From sequence record SRR20825019_114: DNA of 21,563 bases; one strand, written 5' to 3'. The notes below the pieces were generated by a model, which did no database searches, had not been told where the DNA came from, and worked only from the letters and a program-made list of their open reading frames with translations. The position numbers and the translations under genes are program-made. Shown here piece after piece: positions 8,905 to 16,515 of this stretch (positions are counted from its first letter, which is position 1; every line of letters begins with the position of its first letter).

Positions 8905-9085
8905 GACACGACGGCAGGTCTCCTGGCTTATGGATCGAGGCTTCCACCTATCCTTCCCGGCATATTGCCAGTGGATATAATCAGGTGGTCGCTCCCCATA
9001 TACAGTTGCGGGTACAGCTGTGGATTTGCGCAAGCGCTTACCACATTCCCTCTTAGCCCCCGGCGATGCCGGGGAAACCGTCTGG
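8905..9085 (-). ncRNA. Cobalamin riboswitch aptamer
   Basis: The minus strand carries GACGGT...CTAAGAGGGAATGTGGT...AAATCCACAGCTGTACCCGCAACTGT...CCACTG...GGGAAG...AGCCAGGAGACCTGCCGTC (B12 box). GACGGT/GCCGTC close the basal stem. Confidence 0.95.
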
Positions 9086-9090
9086 CTGTG

Positions 9091-9119
9091 CTGATAATCC
9101 AAAGCAGAACGCTTGGCAA
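9091..9119 (-). promoter_or_regulatory. Putative sigma70 promoter for the riboswitch-btuB-cobO transcript
   Basis: TTGCCA (9114-9119), 17-bp spacer, TATCAG (9091-9096). This places a start at about 9085, right at the aptamer 5' end. Confidence 0.6.
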
Positions 9120-9229
9120 GAGATAGTCGTCCGTGATTTTCCCAAAGCATAGCCCAAATGGGTCATGCCCGTTCTCACACGCAAGCGTAGCGTAACACCA
9201 TGAGGAACAGAGATGTATGGGGATATGTC

Positions 9230-10165
9230 ATGAACAACAGAATAGCTACCTATAGCGCAGGAGCCGCACTTTTCGCTCTTGCCCTCGCGCAGGCACCAGA
9301 AGCTGCCCACGCCAAATCTTTTAAAGCGAAGTATTATAAGGAGTGCTACGCCGGTGTTGCCGATGTCGCACCGCTTGTAACGCCCAAAGAAAGCTTGTCG
9401 AAAAAGGCAAGCAAGCTTGGCGGCCTGTTCGGCTCTGTCAGCAGCTTTGCTGGCCTCGGCGGCGCAGGCGGCAGCATGGTCAAGGCGGCAGACACAGTGA
9501 ACAAGGTGAATAAATACAGCAAGATCATAGATGATGTTGGTGGCTTCACCAGCCAGATGCAGGCCGACCACCCGGACCCCAATGATCGGTTCGCCGCTTA
9601 CAGCAATCATATGAGCAGCGAAGCCCAGGATCTCGCTCTTGTCACCAAGGCCGTGGGCGATGCCCAGAGCTGTTACGACACCGCCTATGATGCGCTGATT
9701 GAGGGCGTGAGCACCAAGGAAATCAAAAAAAGCAAAGCTAAGAAGTATATAAAAGAAATTCAGAAGGGCACACAGGCATCGGGCGACGTACTTTTGCTGG
9801 CCGCCTCAAGGCTGAACCAAAACCTCCAGTCCTATGATCAGGCGCTGGCCAGTGAAAAACCTTATATGGCGGGCGGCGTACACAACTTGGCGGCTCAAGG
9901 TGCCTTGCAAAACGTAGCTTACGCCAACAAGTTACCGGTTGCGGCATCTGCCGGTGCTGCGCACTTTGGCACACTTTCAGGTCTTGCCGGTTTCGCCAGC
10001 GCCCATGCGGCTACCAGCACACAAGCCGATACAAATCCCGACGAATTCGCGGGTCTTCAGGCATTGGCATCATCAAGCCAAAAATACCTTGAGCTCAACG
10101 AAGAAGTTCGAGAAACTGCAGAAAAACAACGTCTTCTAGAACTTAAAGTTAACAGGGGCCTATAG
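9230..10165 (+). CDS. Secreted helical protein resembling T6SS-associated TagQ
   Basis: Sec signal ending AAHA, YYKECY, a Gly-rich segment, DPNDRFAAYS, AQSCYD, IKEIQKG and NLQSYDQA. The motif order resembles Pseudomonas TagQ as recalled from memory. The CDS is well supported; the product call is tentative. ATG at 9230 follows GGGGA. Confidence 0.6.
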   Translation: MNNRIATYSAGAALFALALAQAPEAAHAKSFKAKYYKECYAGVADVAPLVTPKESLSKKASKLGGLFGSVSSFAGLGGAGGSMVKAADTVNKVNKYSKIIDDVGGFTSQMQADHPDPNDRFAAYSNHMSSEAQDLALVTKAVGDAQSCYDTAYDALIEGVSTKEIKKSKAKKYIKEIQKGTQASGDVLLLAASRLNQNLQSYDQALASEKPYMAGGVHNLAAQGALQNVAYANKLPVAASAGAAHFGTLSGLAGFASAHAATSTQADTNPDEFAGLQALASSSQKYLELNEEVRETAEKQRLLELKVNRGL

Positions 10166-10235
10166 AAGCCCCTGCCCCACGATCACCAGTCTGTTTAGAG
10201 TAAAACACCAGAACCACTAGCTGATCGGGCATCAA

Positions 10236-11984
10236 ATGCGCACGGAAGATGAACCAGAGAACGCGCGTTATAACGAGGCCGCCATTGTCATGGCCTTTTA
10301 TAACTTTGCGTCAGAGCCTGAAAACTGGGACCAGATACTGGACATTGTTGGCAAGGCCGATGTAAAGGCGCTTGATATCCTGCAGGGTCACCTTGATCAG
10401 GCTGCGGAACTTAGCCAAAAGATATTCAATGGCTTTGAAGATAATGAACTGCATGATGCCGACTACGGTATTCTGGAAGTAGATGCCCATAGCGTTATCT
10501 GTGCATCGAACCGCACCGCCCGCTCACTGCTCTATGACCTTCTCGGCTCGACACAAAACGAAGCCGACCTGTGTTTCAAATCCGAGGAACATCAACAGGT
10601 ATATCTAGAGGCCAGAGCACGTTTGAAGAGCAATAACGCCCGTTCTACACTGATGCGTTTTGAGCTTGAGAAGGAAAAGACGACACTTCTTGCGGTTCTT
10701 ATGAGCAACCCAGAAAATCGGGACAATTCAACAGAGGATAAGGGCGCCAGCCAGCGAGCGGCAGCACGCAGACGCTATCGTATCGTATTTTCACCGATCT
10801 CTATCACAACAGATAACAGCAAAATTTTGCGTGCTGAGCTTGGGCTGACCCAATCAGAATCTCGCCTTGCGTTACAGCTGGGGGCAGGAGCCACGGTTGC
10901 GGATGCCGCAAAAGAACTAAATATCAGTGTTCACACAGCCCGCAATCAACTGAAATCCATCTATAGCAAAACCGGTATCAACAGGCAGTCGGAGCTCATA
11001 AAACTCCTGATCGAACTCGGGCTTCTAAGCCGCATCCTGATCGACCAACGCGACCTTTGGGCAGCCCCGGGGACACAGCCAGATGCTATCGCAAGTACAG
11101 CCCGGAAATATTATATTCTGGCCGACGGTAGAAAGCTTGCATATCGGTTCTACGGCAAGCCAGACGGTCACCCCGTAATCGCCTTTCATTCAGGTCTTGC
11201 TTCCATCGTACCCTTGGTCTCACAGGTCGACAGCGTCACCAAAAACGGGCTCGGCATCTATGTAATTGAACGCCCAGGTTTTGGCATGTCAGACCCCTGC
11301 CAAAACTATAGCTACGAAAGTGTGGCGGCAGACATAGCGGATTTTGTAGACGGCAAAAGCATGGGCACAATTTCCATACTCGCGGAAGCCTCCGGCGCGG
11401 CATTCGGTTTGCAGTCAGCTCTCAGGTTGAACGGAGCGGTGAGGTCAATTTGTATAGCAGGCGGCGTACACTATATGCCGAACGTACCGCGAGAACGAAA
11501 TGCCAGCTTCTTTCAGTTCTTTTATCACCGAGTGAACCAAAATCCATGGATTTTGAAGGGCTTCTGGCGCATTTTCCGAAACGGCTTCAATCACAAAATG
11601 GGGCGTAGCCTGATTACCGAGTTCTACCCGCCGGGCTCCACCGACCGCGCCTATACGGAGAACCCGCTAATTGAAGAACAATTTATTCAAAACACCAGAG
11701 AGAGCCTTGTACGCACCAGCGAAGGCGTAAGTACCGAGATGATTTACCGCGCAGGCAGATCACCTGTCGATATCAGCAAACTTAGCTGCCCGATCCTTAT
11801 GTGGCACGGTACTGACGATATCCATTTTGGTATCGATGCGATCCGAGAATATATGCAAACGGCACCCAACCCTTATTTCCGTATTAAGGAAAATATCGGG
11901 CACACCATTATGTTCCAGTGCTGGGACGAGATAATGCAGGATATTGCCAGTTTTAAAGCTGGCACCCCCGCCCAGTATAAATAG
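10236..11984 (+). CDS. LuxR-type HTH regulator fused to a C-terminal alpha/beta-hydrolase fold, with an N-terminal PAS-like region
   Basis: HTH: LTQSESRLALQLGAGATVADAAKELNISVHTARNQLKSIYSKTGINRQSEL. Hydrolase motifs: LADGRKLAY, ERPGFGMSD, PILMWHGTDD and GH. Confidence 0.88.
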   Translation: MRTEDEPENARYNEAAIVMAFYNFASEPENWDQILDIVGKADVKALDILQGHLDQAAELSQKIFNGFEDNELHDADYGILEVDAHSVICASNRTARSLLYDLLGSTQNEADLCFKSEEHQQVYLEARARLKSNNARSTLMRFELEKEKTTLLAVLMSNPENRDNSTEDKGASQRAAARRRYRIVFSPISITTDNSKILRAELGLTQSESRLALQLGAGATVADAAKELNISVHTARNQLKSIYSKTGINRQSELIKLLIELGLLSRILIDQRDLWAAPGTQPDAIASTARKYYILADGRKLAYRFYGKPDGHPVIAFHSGLASIVPLVSQVDSVTKNGLGIYVIERPGFGMSDPCQNYSYESVAADIADFVDGKSMGTISILAEASGAAFGLQSALRLNGAVRSICIAGGVHYMPNVPRERNASFFQFFYHRVNQNPWILKGFWRIFRNGFNHKMGRSLITEFYPPGSTDRAYTENPLIEEQFIQNTRESLVRTSEGVSTEMIYRAGRSPVDISKLSCPILMWHGTDDIHFGIDAIREYMQTAPNPYFRIKENIGHTIMFQCWDEIMQDIASFKAGTPAQYK

Positions 11985-12032
11985 CAGTAAAGAGCTCCAT
12001 CAGCCTTACCGTGCCCCGGTAAGGTTCCCAAG

Positions 12033-12072
12033 CGCCCCCAAGTTCGATCCCGTCTTGGGGGCGTCCCTTTCT
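12033..12072 (+). terminator. Probable intrinsic terminator (or part of a structured RNA) after the LuxR-hydrolase gene
   Basis: Perfect 10-bp stem CGCCCCCAAG (12033-12042) / CTTGGGGGCG (12054-12063), followed by pyrimidine-rich TCCCTTTCT. Confidence 0.5.
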
Positions 12073-12222
12073 GCCGATCGTTTCAGACCAGACCTTGAGC
12101 GCGTCGATGGTGGCATTGAAGGTTCATGAAACATTCTGCCCGTTAAATCTGATGCCTTCATCAGAACTGAGCACTTAATATGGGCAAGCCTGCACATCAA
12201 CTTTTCATGACGCAGAAACCAA

Positions 12223-15200
12223 TTAATACTCCCAGAACCACTTCAACTTAAGGCTACTGCCCTGGCGCGCTCCCAGTTCCGTTTCTGCAAGAAAATTCTT
12301 ACTGATATCAATCTTGAGGCGCGTTGCAGTTTCGCTGCTTACAGTTGAAGTTTCGACCTCAAGATAGATGTTTTTCCTCAAGTACTTGCCGCCGGTGATT
12401 GTTGTCGCGCCGTCATCATCGTCCGCACCTCGGTTCAACGACAGAGTATCAAGCCCAAGGCCACGCCTGAGGCGCCCAACCACATCCAAACTGCCGCCTC
12501 CCCGCAGGGTATCCATTGCCCCGACAAGTTCCGCGAGCTGCAGAGCGGTCAGATCCGAGACTGACTTACCCAGAAGCACACGCGCCATGATCTCGTCGTC
12601 CGGCATATCAGGGATAGAACTCAGCTCTATCTTTGGTGCTGACGCAGGCCCGGTAATTTGCAATTGCGCTTCAATCGTTGCGGTTTTGTGGATCGCTGTG
12701 ACAGCAATATCAGGGTCGATGCGTGCTGTGCCCAAGAAGGTCAGCCTGCCGTCAACAATGTCAAACGCCTTGCTGCCAAAATTGAAGACACCATTCTTTA
12801 CCTGCATCGTACCGCTGATTTCAGGGTCGTCTGTTGTTCCACTCAACAGAAGGTCACCTTCCCATTCGCTTTGGAGACCGCGCCCTTCAAAGAAAAAGCG
12901 CCCAGGCACCTCAACAGAGATTGCAAGCTGTGTTGGCTTACTTTTGGCTGCCGACGCCTGCGCTTGTGCTAACTCCAACTCTTCCTCACCGTTAATTTCA
13001 ATGACATCAATTTCAACCACACTGCGCGGTAGTTCGCGCGGCATCGCCACTTGCATCTTGCCTGTGGTTATCTGCCCAGTGAGGGTGGAGAACTCCTCCG
13101 CCCGCTGATAAACAAGGGATGCTGACGCCGTGCCACCAATCTCATCGAGCCGCGCCACGCGAAAATCTGTCATCTCAACGGAGAGTGTACCGGGGAAGGA
13201 AAGCGCTCTCGAAAGCTCAAACTCGCCGCGCCCGGTCAAGGTACCGCCGTTGCCATCGCTGGCTTTCAGAGACGTAAGCTCAACCAGGTCTTGCGTACCA
13301 TTAACCTGCAGTTCGCTGATAACAGCCACGAGCCCCAAGGGTTCATACTCATAGTGGCCGTCAGAGAGATCAAGCCGCCCTTTGAATGTCGGGTTTTCCA
13401 GATCACCAGACAGACTGAGACTGCCGTCAAGCGTACCCGTCAATAGATGGCTGGGGCGTCTTGCAAGCAGCCAGACAGGCGCTACGTCACCACGCCAACT
13501 CAGGTCAAGCGCGAGCGGCGTGGCAGGCCGTATCTCGTAGCCCGGACCGTCTTCTTTCCGCTGATACGGCAGGCTACCAGTCAATTGGCCGAACTCCCGC
13601 TCTGCTTCCGATATGCCACCTTTCAGAACAAGCATGCCCTCGCTCAGCTTCGCCGACACCGCGCCAGCGTAGGCGTCCGGCGCAGCCGCAACGCGCCACT
13701 GTGGCAGCGTGACATTACTGAACCGCACCTGAGCTTGCCCGTTTTCGCCCTCCGCGTTGCGCTCAAACGTCAAATCGGCCGAGACTCGCCCGCTCTCCAA
13801 CACCCCCGGCTGCAACAGGTTCACTGCTGTGAAATCTCCATCATCCAGCTTAAGGCGCGCAGAGGCAACGTCATCCTTGATCATAACACTCACGGAGGCT
13901 GTACCTCCGGCGAACTCAAGCGCTTCCGCTTCCACCGAAATACCGCCGCCTTCAGGCCAGTTCATCAGAACAGGTTGTACTGTCGCGGCATCAATATTGC
14001 CGTATGTGGCAAGGAACTCGGCCTTGGCGCCGTTCTGTGCCGGTGTAACACGCGCGCTTAGGGTAAACCTGCTACCCCAATAGCCGCTAAGTTCAGCCAA
14101 CAGCGGGTCGCCGCCTGACGAATCTCCTTGCACCGAGATAACATCAAGCGACTGCGCACCATATGTAAGGTCCTGCCCTGTGAAGCTCGCCTGATAGCCT
14201 GCAGGTCCATCTCCCCAACCGAATGAGAATTTCCCGTTGGCCTTACCAAGAGTAAGTGGAAAATGCCCCGGCCGAAGGAAGGAGACAGCCTCTGCATCAA
14301 AACTGGCAGCCACCTCACCAGTCCCGCCGTTGCTTTTCAGTTGAACGGACAGCATAGCATTGCCCTTGAGGTCAAAATCCTGGTCTTCAATCGTCCGCAA
14401 GCTGCCCTGCACATTTGCTTCCAAGCCCGCACCTTGCGACCAGGTAACAATGCCCTCGGCTGCAGCGCCGGGTGCGTTGACGGCAACATTCTCAAGGGAC
14501 ACAGCCTCTTTCGATGCTTGGATGTCTGCGCCTAGTGTTGTCGGGCCGAGCGGCGTGCCTCCCTCGAGCTTTAGTTTGCCAACCCAGCGCGCAGGCTGGC
14601 TGGCTTCGGGGATGACCGTTGCCGTCAATTGTGGCTGATCCAGAACGACACCATAGCCTTCAAAGGCATCAATGCCTGCCGTGAAGGTGAGTGCCGGCGC
14701 CGCGGTTGTGCCCTCAACCCGCGCGTCAAACACCGCCTCTCCCGACAGGGTCATTGCCTCCAATCCAAGCTGGCCTTCTCGACCAACCGTTCCTTTGATA
14801 TTGAGGTCAATCTTGTCAGTCGCTCTGGTGTAGGCCCCGCTTAATTGGGCTTCAATCCCAGTCGTAGTCAACCGTCCAGCCTTCAAGCGGACCTGACCGT
14901 TTTTATCGTATGGGAGGAATACTTCAGTTGCGCCAACAGGCGCTGGGCCAACAAGCGCCTGCAGAGCGTCGTCCTCAAACTGGAACTGCTTGCCTTGCAA
15001 GTCAGCTTTGAGAAGGAACCCATCCGCTGCGGCCTCGGAGCTTATATTGGCATTCAAAGTACCCACTTGAAGCGTGTCTCCCACCCAGGGAGCCAGAAAA
15101 GCAGCACTTACCTCAAGCTCGCCAGCAGCCGTATTGAGGCCGTCGTTCGCGTATTCAAACGCTATTTCGCGCCCCACAACACCGTCACCTGTGAGCTCAA

Positions 15201-16515
15201 GTGAACGCACTGCCAGTGCTTGATCTTGAAGGCCATATCTCCATTCACCACGAAGGGCGGACAAGGATACAGGTTTCACATCAACCACGCTTAGCTCAAG
15301 GCTCGCACGCTCAACCACACCGCTCAGCGTTTCACCGGAGGTTTGCAAACTACCCACCGCATCAATCTGGTTTAAAACCGTTTCTCCCTGCTTCACGCGG
15401 GCCGCATGCGCCTGATAATCAAGCACCAGTTGGCCACCGGTGTAATTCAGGGTGCCCGCGACCTGCATGTCATTGGCGGCGAGCGCAGCAACCCGCACGT
15501 CAGCACCTGCAGCACTGAAGGCTACGTCACGGAAATAAACACCGCCATCCAGCCCGCCATCCCCTTCGGCTTCAACAGTCAAGGCACCGGACGTAACCGC
15601 AGTAACAAACTTCACATGACGACCACCTTGTGGTTCCACCTGGAACTCTATGCTGGTTTCATCAGCGACAAGCAATTTTAAGTTTTCGGGCACCAAGGCG
15701 TTACCCTGCAGGTTGAGAACACCCTTCCAGAGCCCGCCAGCCCCCGATGCCTCACCGTCCAGCGCAAGTTTCTGCGGGATGCCAGCCTTGATCGCGCCTT
15801 GCCAATCATCAGGTGTGCCTTCAGCGGTTACATCAGCTTCGAGGCTGTCTCCAGCCGGGAGCCCAAGCAGCCCTGTGATCAAGCCGAGAGGTTTAGCGCG
15901 CACACGCCCATTGAGCATAAAACGCTCGCGCACGTCGTCCCAAATCGCCGATGCTTCTGCCACATCGCTGCGGTCAGCGTTTGCCACAGACAATACGCCG
16001 CGTGTTTGCCCCTCTGCGATAGTAAGCTCGCGTGCAACCGCTTGATAAGACACGCCTTCAAAATTTATGGGCAACGTCGCGTCTCTTATATCAATCGCAA
16101 CAGGTAGCCCACTTGATGGTTTATCGGCTTCTTCGCGTTTTGATGTTTCCGGCAACCGGGTAATATCAACCAAGCCACTTGAAAGGGCATTTACCTTCAA
16201 GGTGCCCCGAAGAAGTGCGGTTGGCGACCAGTCAACGGTAACCTCCGGCACGCGCACAAACTCGCCCTGCCTATCTGCCGCCGTCACCTCAACCAAGGTA
16301 AACGTTGAGAACAAGCTGCCCTCAATATTCGCGACACTAATGTCAACATCTGCGCTATCAAGCACACTGCTTAACTCAGCCGCAACCCAGGCGCGCCCCG
16401 CGTTTGATGCCAGCCACAGCACCGAAGCACCAATAACCAGCACCACAACACCAAAGGCCAAAGCCCCATAGCGCAAGATGCGTTTAACCAGTTTTTGTAT
16501 ATCCAGCCCCGCCAT
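12223..16515 (-). CDS. tamB: Translocation and assembly module inner-membrane subunit TamB (DUF490)
   Basis: 1430 aa with an N-terminal TM anchor, a beta-rich Gly/Leu body and a DUF490-like C-terminus (GRGLQSEW...DPDI...GKYL). Its start overlaps the tamA stop (TGATG). Confidence 0.92.
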   Translation of the reverse strand: MAGLDIQKLVKRILRYGALAFGVVVLVIGASVLWLASNAGRAWVAAELSSVLDSADVDISVANIEGSLFSTFTLVEVTAADRQGEFVRVPEVTVDWSPTALLRGTLKVNALSSGLVDITRLPETSKREEADKPSSGLPVAIDIRDATLPINFEGVSYQAVARELTIAEGQTRGVLSVANADRSDVAEASAIWDDVRERFMLNGRVRAKPLGLITGLLGLPAGDSLEADVTAEGTPDDWQGAIKAGIPQKLALDGEASGAGGLWKGVLNLQGNALVPENLKLLVADETSIEFQVEPQGGRHVKFVTAVTSGALTVEAEGDGGLDGGVYFRDVAFSAAGADVRVAALAANDMQVAGTLNYTGGQLVLDYQAHAARVKQGETVLNQIDAVGSLQTSGETLSGVVERASLELSVVDVKPVSLSALRGEWRYGLQDQALAVRSLELTGDGVVGREIAFEYANDGLNTAAGELEVSAAFLAPWVGDTLQVGTLNANISSEAAADGFLLKADLQGKQFQFEDDALQALVGPAPVGATEVFLPYDKNGQVRLKAGRLTTTGIEAQLSGAYTRATDKIDLNIKGTVGREGQLGLEAMTLSGEAVFDARVEGTTAAPALTFTAGIDAFEGYGVVLDQPQLTATVIPEASQPARWVGKLKLEGGTPLGPTTLGADIQASKEAVSLENVAVNAPGAAAEGIVTWSQGAGLEANVQGSLRTIEDQDFDLKGNAMLSVQLKSNGGTGEVAASFDAEAVSFLRPGHFPLTLGKANGKFSFGWGDGPAGYQASFTGQDLTYGAQSLDVISVQGDSSGGDPLLAELSGYWGSRFTLSARVTPAQNGAKAEFLATYGNIDAATVQPVLMNWPEGGGISVEAEALEFAGGTASVSVMIKDDVASARLKLDDGDFTAVNLLQPGVLESGRVSADLTFERNAEGENGQAQVRFSNVTLPQWRVAAAPDAYAGAVSAKLSEGMLVLKGGISEAEREFGQLTGSLPYQRKEDGPGYEIRPATPLALDLSWRGDVAPVWLLARRPSHLLTGTLDGSLSLSGDLENPTFKGRLDLSDGHYEYEPLGLVAVISELQVNGTQDLVELTSLKASDGNGGTLTGRGEFELSRALSFPGTLSVEMTDFRVARLDEIGGTASASLVYQRAEEFSTLTGQITTGKMQVAMPRELPRSVVEIDVIEINGEEELELAQAQASAAKSKPTQLAISVEVPGRFFFEGRGLQSEWEGDLLLSGTTDDPEISGTMQVKNGVFNFGSKAFDIVDGRLTFLGTARIDPDIAVTAIHKTATIEAQLQITGPASAPKIELSSIPDMPDDEIMARVLLGKSVSDLTALQLAELVGAMDTLRGGGSLDVVGRLRRGLGLDTLSLNRGADDDDGATTITGGKYLRKNIYLEVETSTVSSETATRLKIDISKNFLAETELGARQGSSLKLKWFWEY

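Noticed and set aside
8791-9150. 119-aa minus-strand ORF upstream of btuB (possible leader peptide)
   Set aside because: It spans the riboswitch and begins upstream of the predicted promoter; the RNA element explains the sequence.
12040-12053. GTTCGATCCC resembling a tRNA T-loop or att remnant
   Set aside because: There is no T-stem, cloverleaf or CCA, and it does not match the tRNA end at 21539.
12125-12170. CTGATGA on the minus strand suggesting a hammerhead ribozyme core
   Set aside because: No stem II followed by GAAA is present, and the CUGAUG is paired within its own hairpin.
12006-12200. Small ORFs (64 aa minus, 61 aa plus) in the regulator-tamB gap
   Set aside because: There is no convincing RBS or protein-like features, and the region is dominated by inverted repeats.
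12368-13108. 246-aa plus-strand ORF and other long ORFs antisense to tamB/tamA
   Set aside because: They are Ser/Pro/Arg-rich shadow frames of well-supported GC-rich genes, with no recognisable motifs.
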